The notes below the pieces were generated by a model. The model was not told the DNA's origin. It did no database searches and worked only from the letters and a program-made list of their open reading frames with translations. From assembly GCF_001412615.1 (NCBI RefSeq), contig NZ_CP013011.1, positions 60,001-92,000 on the forward strand: 32,000 bases of DNA, in the 5' to 3' direction. This document shows, in pieces, positions 1 through 7,106 of this stretch (position 1 is the first letter of the stretch; each line of letters starts with the position of its first letter). The DNA is from Pyrodictium delaneyi (GTDB taxonomy: Archaea; Thermoproteota; Thermoprotei_A; Sulfolobales; Pyrodictiaceae). The translations under genes and the position numbers were made by a program.

Positions 1-644
1 TACAACTCGTTTATCTTCTCTATAGCCGCTGCGGCAGCTCTCGGGTCCGGGCGGGCAGCCTCGGTATAGGGTAACACTGCAAGTGCTGGATAACCTCTCA
101 CCTCTGCATGGAAGAGAAGCAACGCTAAGGGACCAACAACGTAAAGACCTTTATCCATGCGTGGCTCCTCCAGGCTACGTGTATAGGCTGATGTAGCTAC
201 CCAGCGAAGTTTTTCATCACCTTGCTTAAACCGTGAATCAAATCCTCCTATGAGCACGGCTTCCTTAACACCTATAGTAGCTAGGAAATCAACTATAGCC
301 TCAGCAAATCGGCTACGCTCTTGTACTACAGGTATATCGTGGTTAACTAGTAGCGCTATACGTTTTCCATTATTGTTACAACTATATAGGGTGAAGGGGC
401 CTACAACGCCATTCGAGCTAGGTGTAACAGCTTCCGGCATGTACTTCGTTATAATATAGCCAGCCTCCTTGCATTCAGCGGTATCAGCTAGATGTAGTGT
501 TGCAATATACCCGACGGCACCGTACCCCTTAAACCCTGTTATGAAGAGGTCTGCATTCTCAAGCTCACTGGAATAGGCTATTCTGATTGTTTTAAACTTG
601 TGTATGTTAAACCGGCTCACTATCTCACACCTCTGGTGAATCAT
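1..644 (-). CDS. PAC2-family (proteasome assembly chaperone-like) protein; C-terminus runs off the window
   Basis: My own minus-strand translation from ATG at 644 (alternative GTG at 620) gives MIHQRCEIVSRFNIHKFKTIRIAYSSELENADLFITGFKGYGAVGYIATLHLAD... and stays open to position 1. The GF-G-G-VG motif is typical of PAC2/DUF75. It is absent from the ORF track because it is truncated. It lies 14 nt downstream of the preceding minus-strand gene. Confidence 0.55.
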   Translation of the reverse strand, partial: MIHQRCEIVSRFNIHKFKTIRIAYSSELENADLFITGFKGYGAVGYIATLHLADTAECKEAGYIITKYMPEAVTPSSNGVVGPFTLYSCNNNGKRIALLVNHDIPVVQERSRFAEAIVDFLATIGVKEAVLIGGFDSRFKQGDEKLRWVATSAYTRSLEEPRMDKGLYVVGPLALLLFHAEVRGYPALAVLPYTEAARPDPRAAAAAIEKINEL

Positions 645-658
645 GCTACTCGGCAAAC

Positions 659-1120
659 TTACGTATACGTATAGCCTCCCCCCCAGCAGCCTTCTTCGAG
701 GACCTCCGTGGGGGCGAGGCGGAGCCTACCAACACCAATCAAAATACCGTCCTCGTTTAGTACTATAACTTCGTCTCCTGCTAGGAGATTAGTATCTATA
801 CGCTTAATCATAGTGCATGGTATGCTCTTACGTAGACTCTCGATGCCCGGAACCGATATCCATGCGCGAAGCCGTGGCTCTGGCAGACGGAGAAGTCTAC
901 GAGCACCATTTATAGATAGCGAGAACAAGTAGTCATGTGCACGAATTACTGCTAGTAAGCCCTCCTTGCCGTATACCTCGCGGATTCTCCGAGTACCCGG
1001 AGAAATGCCAACAACCACATCATCGGGTATAAGCAGGTCACCAGCTGGATAGCCAAACTGGTAGTCAGCAATGCCCTTGAGCCTATCTATTTCCTCCTGG
1101 GTAGCTGGCCTCACTATCAT
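659..1120 (-). CDS. PUA-domain RNA-binding protein
   Basis: 153-aa ORF. The C-terminal segment IPCTMIKRIDTNLLAGDEVIVLNEDGILIGVGRLRLAPTEV reads like a PUA domain. The N-terminal domain resembles small archaeal PUA proteins (COG1370-like). Confidence 0.55.
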   Translation of the reverse strand: MIVRPATQEEIDRLKGIADYQFGYPAGDLLIPDDVVVGISPGTRRIREVYGKEGLLAVIRAHDYLFSLSINGARRLLRLPEPRLRAWISVPGIESLRKSIPCTMIKRIDTNLLAGDEVIVLNEDGILIGVGRLRLAPTEVLEEGCWGGGYTYT

Positions 1121-1210
1121 CCCTGGATAACCTCCACCTTCTCACATACCTAAAGCCATGGAGAAGCATGTCATCTATGATCCCAGGTATGGGTTTTAAG
1201 AAGTAAGGCA

Positions 1211-1335
1211 TGGTGGGCCCGCCGGGATTTGAACCCGGGACCACGGGGTCCCGAGTCGGGCACATCCCCGCCCTCATACGGTTTTCGGGCGGGGATATGT
1301 GTACCCCGCATCCTACCAAGCTAGACGACGGGCCC
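1211..1335 (-). tRNA. tRNA-Pro(CGG) with a ~48-nt intron at a non-canonical position; CCA encoded
   Basis: The reverse complement folds by hand. Acceptor GGGCCCG/CGGGCCC, D arm GTCT..GGAT, anticodon stem CGGGG/CCCCG with loop CTCGGGA, T arm CCGGG-TTCAAAT-CCCGG, then discriminator A and CCA. About 48 nt (roughly 1256-1303) interrupt the molecule directly after the 5' strand of the anticodon stem. Confidence 0.7.
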
Positions 1336-1534
1336 ACCCAGCGCCTCCTAGCCCCATCTCGGCTCTTGAAACTTTGTGTGCAGTATTATTTGCGTTTCTG
1401 GGGTTGGCTATAATATCCAGAAATGTTCTCGAAGCAAGAGTAGTCGTAGTGGCTAGCTACCGTCTCTTGATAGACCTTTTGTTCAGTGAATTTTTATGAG
1501 AGTAAGGAGGTTATCTCGAATAGGAGTAAGTGAT

Positions 1535-1891
1535 ATGCCGGCGAATGCAACGGATATAGGGTCTGTACTTGGCTTAGTTGAACTAATTCAGACAAATCCT
1601 CAACTGGCTGTGGCTATAATACTGCAACTTCTCCTAGGATTTGCTGCCGGCTACTATATGGCTAAGGTAGCGAAATACGTGCTAGCACTGGTTGGTGTAT
1701 TTGTTCTAGGTTCACTTATAGGTGTCTGGGGCGCCTCAGGGAGCGTTCAGGATGCGGTAGCGAGGCTACAGAACTTAGCCGAATTTAAGGATACGGCAAT
1801 AAGCATAATGAAACTATTCAGCTTCTTAATGGTGGGCCCAACAGCTGTGGGCTTCATTGTGGGAATAATTGTGGGTCTAACGCGTAAATAA
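1535..1891 (+). CDS. small integral membrane protein (about 3 TM segments)
   Basis: Lies in ORF 1496..1891. The ATG at 1535 is preceded by GGAG. Hydrophobic stretches include LAVAIILQLLLGFAAGYYM, VLALVGVFVLGSLIGVWG and LMVGPTAVGFIVGIIVGL. Confidence 0.45.
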   Translation: MPANATDIGSVLGLVELIQTNPQLAVAIILQLLLGFAAGYYMAKVAKYVLALVGVFVLGSLIGVWGASGSVQDAVARLQNLAEFKDTAISIMKLFSFLMVGPTAVGFIVGIIVGLTRK

Positions 1892-2213
1892 ATAGTGTTA
1901 GATCCCTCTATACGTGGTTTTCTTCCAAATGAATGTTTTTGTCGAGCGGAGTCATGATTGTCGAGTCTTAAGTGTCCTGGAAGCAACTTAATCATTCCGA
2001 TTAACTGTACGTGGCTTCCTATCACTAACAGTATAAAGAACGATATAACTGTGTGTATGGCTGAAGATCAAGCGTAGTCTGATATGTGAAATATTCTAGA
2101 GTTGAAGCATCTATGACCCTAGGAACTCAATGTCAACTGAAGGCTTAGCGAAGAAGATAGAATCTTAGGGCAGGTATCTTAGAGTTGAGCCGGGCAAGAA
2201 ACAAGGTTAGTGG

Positions 2214-2480
2214 TTATATCTTGTCTTGGAGCTCGTTATCAAGTACCACTAGGTTCTTACACTTGTCCTTTATGGACTTTACAAACTCGATGCCTTCGTC
2301 AACGTTATCGAATACTATAGTGTATAGGTAGCGGGGAGTCCTAGCCTTTACTTTCAGTACGCGTATCCTCTTAGAGCCTTCTTCCGTGTCAACTCTCCTA
2401 TAGCCTAGCTTTACACGGCATTCGGTAGACCGTTCAAGCACCTTGACAAACTCGTCCTTGCTCTTCAGCTCGACCGGCAT
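2214..2480 (-). CDS. rpl38e: 50S ribosomal protein L38e
   Basis: 88 aa starting MPVELKSKDEFVKVL, with the central KVKARTPRYLYTIVF segment matching the eukaryotic/archaeal L38e signature (KVRCSRYLYTLV). Confidence 0.8.
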   Translation of the reverse strand: MPVELKSKDEFVKVLERSTECRVKLGYRRVDTEEGSKRIRVLKVKARTPRYLYTIVFDNVDEGIEFVKSIKDKCKNLVVLDNELQDKI

Positions 2481-2674
2481 ACTCCAGCCCCGAGCCGCTT
2501 CGGAAGGCTAGGCTCCTCTTAAAGGGGCTTCTCCCCGGCCTCCTCTAGAGAGGACCTGAGTACTAACTATTCATACGACATTATTGCTTTTGAGCTGATA
2601 CAAACTTGGTGAGAGAATGAATTAATGAATGTAATGTTGTTGTGGGTGATACAGGGGTAGGAGAAGGCCCGCGG

Positions 2675-2750
2675 TGGAGCCGCCGCCGGGATTCGAACCC
2701 GGGACCTCCGCCTTACCAGGGCGGCGCTCTGCCGGCTGAGCTACGGCGGC
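2675..2750 (-). tRNA. tRNA-Thr(GGU), intact copy, CCA encoded; its 5' 45 nt are attL
   Basis: Reverse complement: GCCGCCG-TA-GCTC-AGCCGGCA-GAGC-G-CCGCC-CTGGTAA-GGCGG-AGGTC-CCGGG-TTCGAAT-CCCGG-CGGCGGC-T-CCA. This is a full cloverleaf with all stems Watson-Crick paired. Confidence 0.9.
2706..2750. repeat. attL core (45 bp, equals tRNA-Thr nucleotides 1-45)
   Basis: ctccgccttaccagggcggcgctctgccggctgagctacggcggc is identical to 16945-16989. The flanking bases differ on both sides (2705 c vs 16944 g; 2751 g vs 16990 a). Confidence 0.95.
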
Positions 2751-2969
2751 GCTCCGGGGCGCCAGTGATACTATTACCTCGACTAAGTCTCTTGCGGTCA
2801 GAACTGAAAGCAGCTTGTCGCAGAGCGAGGCGCTGACGTTCCTCTTCCCGTTCGCTATCATGTTCGCGTAGGCGTTGCTTATCCCCAGCTCCTTCGGCTT
2901 AACCCCCCGAGTCTTCCACGCATAGAGAAACAATGCCCTAGAGAGCTCGGGGCCCAGGATATCACACAT
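2706..2969 (-). CDS. Integrase N-terminal fragment Int(N), HTH-like, ending in the att-encoded 15 codons
   Basis: In the integrated state, ORF 2622..2969 reads from the ATG at 2969 into and through the tRNA gene. Residues 1-73 (MCDILGPELSRALFLYAWKTRGVKPKELGISNAYANMIANGKRNVS...) belong to the element. Codons 74-88 (AAVAQPAERRPGKAE) are the att core. Confidence 0.8.
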
Positions 2970-3082
2970 GGACAGGTTACATCACCAAGAACCAGGGGCA
3001 CGAGGAGTTGCATATTAGTGTTATATCAGAAGGCTTGAAGACTAGTACCGCCCCGGAGCCTATCTAGCACGGTGCGGAGAGG

Positions 3083-3637
3083 GTGCGGCCCGAGCCCGTG
3101 TATGCTGCTGTGCTGCTCCTGGGCCTGGCTCTGGGCTTTGCTGCTGGCCAGTTCACGGCACAGCCCAAGGAGATAGTGCGCGAGACCGTGCTAACGACCA
3201 CCGTCACCGAGACCGTTACCGAGACGGTTACAGTCACGCCGCCCAAACCGAGGATAGAGTGCAGGCCGCTACGGGTGCTCTACAGCAACACCAGCTTAAC
3301 GCTTGGTGTCTACCTTGTAGAGGAGAAGAGCAATGTGAGCGGAATAAGCCTACCAACGATTAAGAAGAAGAGAGATGTTATCAGGCTGAGCTTTGAAGGT
3401 GGCGGCGAGGGCCAGAGGCTACACATCCACATAGACGCCTACCCCTCGCAGCTAAGGTGGCTGAGCATAGAGCTCTACAACCCAGCCGACCTGCTCGCCT
3501 ACGTGGCTATGCCCAAGAGCAAGGACATAGTATTCAGCATACCCTACCCCGACAACTACACCCTAGTCATAGAGCCACAGAGCACAGTAAAGCTCTACAA
3601 CGTCACAGTGTGGATAGAAGAGTGTCAGCAACAATAG
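3083..3637 (+). CDS. N-terminally anchored or secreted glycoprotein with a TVTETVTETVTVT linker
   Basis: GTG start preceded by GGTG. Hydrophobic N-terminus VYAAVLLLGLALGFAAG, followed by a Thr/Val repeat and a beta-rich domain with NTS, NVS, NYT and NVT sequons. Confidence 0.65.
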   Translation: MRPEPVYAAVLLLGLALGFAAGQFTAQPKEIVRETVLTTTVTETVTETVTVTPPKPRIECRPLRVLYSNTSLTLGVYLVEEKSNVSGISLPTIKKKRDVIRLSFEGGGEGQRLHIHIDAYPSQLRWLSIELYNPADLLAYVAMPKSKDIVFSIPYPDNYTLVIEPQSTVKLYNVTVWIEECQQQ

Positions 3638-3729
3638 CGATGTATGCCCACCCCCAGCCCAGCTTTTTACATCAACCCATCCCCCTCATTCCCCCATGCC
3701 ATATACCCGCACTTTTTCGGAGACAAGCC

Positions 3730-3900
3730 ATGAGCTGTGAGCGGGAAACCGTACTGAAGCTATTAGTGAAGCTCCGTCGAGAGATAAGAGCACTTGACAT
3801 AGATGAACAAGCTAAAGCGAAGGTTCTCGAAAAGATCAGAGCCTATGAGCTTGAGCTTGAGGAGCTGCTGGCCGAGGAGCCCGTGTTCTCTAGGAGCTGA
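3730..3900 (+). CDS. 56-aa coiled-coil protein
   Basis: Internal ATG of ORF 3457..3900 gives MSCERETVLKLLVKLRREIRALDIDEQAKAKVLEKIRAYELELEELLAEEPVFSRS. A TTTTTA box lies about 60 nt upstream. The upstream part of the tracked ORF looks non-coding (P/H/Q-rich). Confidence 0.45.
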   Translation: MSCERETVLKLLVKLRREIRALDIDEQAKAKVLEKIRAYELELEELLAEEPVFSRS

Positions 3901-4196
3901 TACATGGCTCTAAGCAGGTCAGCTATCTTTTTGCCCTTCTCGGTCAGCTTGACGCATGTTACCTCTTTCTTCTTGCGCGGGTCGTAGCAGACACCACGCT
4001 CAACTAGGCCTAGATCCTCTAGGTGCCTATAAGCATCATAGAATGTGCCCGAGCCAAGCTCTACTTGTAGCTCGTACTGTGGGATCTCATCCTTGCCGCC
4101 TTCTATGAAAGCACGTAGGAATTTCTCGATGCTCTTAGCCTTGAAGATTATGAGCCCCACTTCCTTTTCCCGAATCCAGAGAGGGGGTGTATGCAA
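3843..4196 (-). CDS. winged-helix DNA-binding protein
   Basis: 117 aa with a TTG start. IPQYELQVELGSGTFYDAYRHLEDLGLVERGVCYDPRKKKEVTCVKLTEKGKK has the helix-turn-helix plus beta-wing pattern of wHTH regulators. Confidence 0.6.
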   Translation of the reverse strand: MHTPPLWIREKEVGLIIFKAKSIEKFLRAFIEGGKDEIPQYELQVELGSGTFYDAYRHLEDLGLVERGVCYDPRKKKEVTCVKLTEKGKKIADLLRAMYQLLENTGSSASSSSSSSS

Positions 4197-4226
4197 ATTT
4201 CAGCTTTTTTCGTGGTAGTAGTCTGA

Positions 4227-4619
4227 CTACCAGTCTCCCGCGCCCGCTCTCTCCTCTACTCTCTGCGTTTTGGCTAAACTAAGAGCATGTTCTAACAAGC
4301 TTTCTTTGAGCTCTCCATCCTTTAGAAGTCGGAGTAAAAGGATTCTAAGCAGCTCTAGCTCCTGGTAGAGATCTGGTCTTGCACGTTCTAGTTGCTCAAA
4401 GAACTTATTCACGCGTTCAAGTAGTGTCTCCCCGACTGGGGTCTTTAACCCACAATTAGGACATGTTGCGCGTTTTGCCGCTCCTCTATAACACCATGTA
4501 TAGCCGCAGTGTTTACAGACCACCCATGTGCCTGGACACATTCCGTTACTATGCCCGCTGGCGTGGTTGGTGGTCAGACTACTACCACGAAAACCGCGCA
4601 TTCCCGCTCCCGTTTTCAT
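4227..4619 (-). CDS. Zn-ribbon protein (start uncertain: 4619, 4601 or 4541)
   Basis: CKHCGYTW-x11-CPNCG forms a C2C2 ribbon, followed by a helical tail. The 5' part of tracked ORF 4227..4817 overlaps the divergent RHH gene and was discarded. Confidence 0.55.
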   Translation of the reverse strand: MKTGAGMRGFRGSSLTTNHASGHSNGMCPGTWVVCKHCGYTWCYRGAAKRATCPNCGLKTPVGETLLERVNKFFEQLERARPDLYQELELLRILLLRLLKDGELKESLLEHALSLAKTQRVEERAGAGDW

Positions 4620-4686
4620 CTCTTTGCTGGCCTCTTTTTTCGGTTTCTGGATTCGGAGAAGGGCAATAAGCTTATATCTGATGCAA

Positions 4687-4704
4687 TCCGACTCTAGAAT
4701 CGGA
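4687..4704. promoter_or_regulatory. imperfect 18-bp palindrome in the divergent Zn-ribbon/RHH promoter region (candidate operator)
   Basis: tccgaCtctagaAtcgga. A further TCGGA core lies in the string attcggag at 4651-4658. The TATA-like cttatat at about 4671-4677 lies between them. Confidence 0.35.
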
Positions 4705-4718
4705 GCCCAGAGCCCGAG

Positions 4719-4916
4719 GTGAGAGGTGTGCCCCGACCCAAGATTGGAAGGCGTGTAACCGTCTCTCTCCCGCCCGAACTCTACGAGAAGATCGAGAACT
4801 ACCGAAAGAAGGAGCATCTAACAGAGATGAGCGAGGCAATACGTCGCCTGCTCTACAAGGCTATTGAGATCGAAGAGGAGAGGGCTCGAGCGGTAGCTGC
4901 GGCAACTACTGCCTAG
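4719..4916 (+). CDS. ribbon-helix-helix (CopG/Arc-type) DNA-binding protein
   Basis: RRVTVSLPPELYEKIENYRKKEHLTEMSEAIRRLLYKAIE shows a beta strand followed by two helices. GTG at 4719, or GTG at 4728 preceded by GAGGTGA. Confidence 0.7.
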   Translation: MRGVPRPKIGRRVTVSLPPELYEKIENYRKKEHLTEMSEAIRRLLYKAIEIEEERARAVAAATTA

Positions 4917-4923
4917 GGGGTGG

Positions 4924-5148
4924 ATGGGGATGGTGCGGTTCACCTACGAGAGCCTCATCGACTACGTGTTCACGAAGATGAATAAGGCGATGGAGCTGCT
5001 GGACGAGGCTATGCAGGCGCTCTGGTGTCGCGGCAAGAGCGTAGACGAGTGCCTCAAGGGCATCGACAAGGCGTACAGCCTCATCGAGGACGCCAAGCTC
5101 GAGCTCAGCGAGGCAATATCAGAGATACTGGTCGTAATGGTGGGATGA
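4924..5148 (+). CDS. small helical hypothetical protein
   Basis: 74-aa ORF with GGGGGTGG directly upstream. Its stop overlaps the next start region (ATGAATG). Confidence 0.5.
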   Translation: MGMVRFTYESLIDYVFTKMNKAMELLDEAMQALWCRGKSVDECLKGIDKAYSLIEDAKLELSEAISEILVVMVG

Positions 5149-5322
5149 ATGCGGGTCGTGACGTTCAAGGTGGATGAGGACTTCCTCGAAAAGCTAGACA
5201 GCTTCGCCCGCTTGAAGGGCGTGACCAGGAGCGAGGTCATCAGGAAGGCGTTGGAGCTGTACCTGAGGCTAGAGGATTGGAAGGTGCGCCCCGAGCCGAA
5301 GATAGTGAGGCTGCTGAGCTAG
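5149..5322 (+). CDS. second ribbon-helix-helix protein (57 aa, below the ORF-track cutoff)
   Basis: My own translation: MRVVTFKVDEDFLEKLDSFARLKGVTRSEVIRKALELYLRLEDWKVRPEPKIVRLLS, stop TAG at 5320-5322. The pattern is a classic RHH (VTFKVDEDFLEKLD...RSEVIRKAL). Confidence 0.65.
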   Translation: MRVVTFKVDEDFLEKLDSFARLKGVTRSEVIRKALELYLRLEDWKVRPEPKIVRLLS

Positions 5323-5334
5323 GGTGGCACAGCA

Positions 5335-5841
5335 GTGCACCATATCTGCCTCTTCATAGTCGAGGCAGACTCTAGGGAAGAGGCTGAGGAGCTGGCGCTG
5401 TGTGCCTGGACGGGGGACACGGCCTACTGCGCTCCGAGGTGGTGGCCGCCGCCCGTCAGGGTGCTCTGCGGCGTCAAGTGGGACTATGCCACTACAGTAG
5501 GCAAGCTCAAGCTGTACGAGCGCCAGCTCATAGAGGGCGGCGTCCCGCCGAGCTGCGCCCGCCGCATCATGGAGCGGCTGCCCAGGTGCCCCCACGAGTG
5601 GGACAGGGACGACGTCACCGTGGCCTGCCTGGACTTCCCTGCGAGGGTGTCAGACCTGGGCATAGACGCGGCCTACGCGATAGCAGCCGCGTTCAACGGC
5701 ATGGGCGACATCTGCCTCAACATCCTCTACAGGGAAGACACGGCAATCATCTACAGCAGCGGCCTGTGGAAGCTCCGCAAACTGCTAAACACCAGGAGCC
5801 ACGACAAGCTATGGCTAGTCATAGTAGACGCCCACGAGTAG
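5335..5841 (+). CDS. hypothetical protein (168 aa, Cys/Trp-rich, no recognisable domain)
   Basis: Longest coherent frame in this stretch. The competing frame 5400..5849 is Arg/Gly/Pro-rich junk. Confidence 0.5.
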   Translation: MHHICLFIVEADSREEAEELALCAWTGDTAYCAPRWWPPPVRVLCGVKWDYATTVGKLKLYERQLIEGGVPPSCARRIMERLPRCPHEWDRDDVTVACLDFPARVSDLGIDAAYAIAAAFNGMGDICLNILYREDTAIIYSSGLWKLRKLLNTRSHDKLWLVIVDAHE

Positions 5842-5845
5842 AGGG

Positions 5846-6148
5846 GTGACACCCGTGGCGGCTGAGCGTCTCCTGGCGTGGCTGGACAAGAACTCTGACA
5901 GGCTGCTGCTGGTGGGGGTGCTCTGGCTCGCCGCCGTCATGACGCTACAGCTGGCGCTCACAGCGCTTGGGCACAAGACCATCGAGGACGTGGCCAGGGA
6001 AGAGGTGCGGGAATGGCTGGTGACGCATAACATCACCGTGGTGGTGCAGCAGCCGAGGACCGTCGAGCTGCCAGAGAACCTGTTCTACCTGCTGGTGTTT
6101 GCGCTACTCTTCATGCCACTAGTAGGGGCAATACTCCGAGACAGGTGA
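5846..6148 (+). CDS. two-TM membrane protein (start more likely GTG at 5855)
   Basis: Hydrophobic segments LLLVGVLWLAAVMTLQLALTALG and LFYLLVFALLFMPLVGAIL. GGGGTGA lies 5 nt before the GTG at 5855. Confidence 0.5.
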   Translation: MTPVAAERLLAWLDKNSDRLLLVGVLWLAAVMTLQLALTALGHKTIEDVAREEVREWLVTHNITVVVQQPRTVELPENLFYLLVFALLFMPLVGAILRDR

Positions 6149-6154
6149 TACGCC

Positions 6155-6688
6155 GTGGCGCTGGACGCTAGGCAGCTCAAGGCCCGGTACCAGCAGAAGT
6201 GGCGTATCGCTGCAAGGCGGGAGCTTGCTGTGCTGAATCTGCTGAACATCCTGCTGCCGGACGGCTACGTGGCTATAGCGGCTGGGCTCGGCACGGGTAC
6301 GACGGACTTCATCGACCGGAGCTATGGGAGCCCGCTGGACGCGTTCGACCTGGTGGTGCTCCGGGGCATGGACGCTGTGGCGTTCATAGACGTTACGGGG
6401 TTCTGGAGCGAGCAGGCCGCCAGGACGGTAAACGGCGGCAAGGAGCTCTGCGTGGGCGCGTGGAAGCTCTGGAAGGCCCAGCGCTTCGGCCTGCTCGACC
6501 GCGCCTGGATAGTCCACGTCGCCGACAAGCGCGTCAGCCTACGCTGGCTCCCCCTAGCAGCCCTCGAGGCCGAGAAGCACATGGCACGCCTAGTCCACGG
6601 CGAGCGCCCATACTACTGCCTACCCCAGCAGAAGTGGCGCGACACAAGCGCGTTCATCCGCTGGCTCACTGCCCAGGCCCACGCCTAG
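6155..6688 (+). CDS. Hjc-like PD-(D/E)xK nuclease-fold protein (putative junction resolvase) with a C-terminal extension
   Basis: AGGTGA lies 5 nt before the GTG start. The N-terminal half runs parallel to my memory of Pyrococcus Hjc. [20 protein letters not shown] matches [41 protein letters not shown] matches VDLVAGNGKKYLCIEVKVT, and [23 protein letters not shown] matches [26 protein letters not shown]. Confidence 0.4.
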   Translation: [177 protein letters not shown]

Positions 6689-6717
6689 CCCTCTTTCTCC
6701 CCGCATACTCCCTTCAA

Positions 6718-6746
6718 CACACGTACACATGGGGGTGGTACGTGTG
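6718..6746. promoter_or_regulatory. 9-bp-stem inverted repeat between the Hjc-like gene and the wHTH gene
   Basis: cacacgtac-acatgggggtg-gtacgtgtg. The arms are perfectly complementary. Confidence 0.35.
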
Positions 6747-6819
6747 CCCGGGCGTTGTGGCTTCACAGCTGTCACGCGCCGGGAACTGAAGAAGCTAGAG
6801 AAGACGGGGGTGGCCGAAG

Positions 6820-7092
6820 ATGCGCTTTGTGGATAAGATTGGTGTGCTGCTTGAGCTCGCGGAGAGGAGCGATGGCTGCATCGAGCAGCGAGAGCTGGCG
6901 CATGAGCTGGAGAAGCGTGGACTCAACCCGGTGACTGCTAAGAGCAGTGCTAGCCGGCTCGTTAACAAGCTACTGTCCGCCGGGCTGGCCGTGGAGTGTT
7001 CGCCAAGCCCCAGGGGCTCCAAGCGCATATACGTAGAGCCTGACATCTTGCGCACACTCATCCAAGTATGCAAGCTATGCAAGGAAGTCTAA
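6820..7092 (+). CDS. winged-helix DNA-binding protein
   Basis: 90 aa. IEQRELAHELEKRGLNPVTAKSSASRLVNKLLSAGLAVE...GSKRIYV fits HTH plus wing. Confidence 0.6.
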   Translation: MRFVDKIGVLLELAERSDGCIEQRELAHELEKRGLNPVTAKSSASRLVNKLLSAGLAVECSPSPRGSKRIYVEPDILRTLIQVCKLCKEV

Positions 7093-7106
7093 CAGGGTGG
7101 CCGGCA

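Noticed and set aside
250-459. 69-aa plus-strand ORF. The same reasoning applies to 708..932, 29396..29770, 29499..29786, 26231..26539 and 27331..27648.
   Set aside because: All are antisense to well-supported genes (PAC2, PUA protein, ferredoxin, DUF763-like protein, M24 peptidase), and their translations are implausible.
1083-1413. ORFs 1083..1337, 1210..1413 and 1299..1499 overlapping tRNA-Pro, and ORF 2642..2836 overlapping tRNA-Thr.
   Set aside because: They are explained by the tRNA genes, since GC-rich stems translate as open frames. There are no coding signals.
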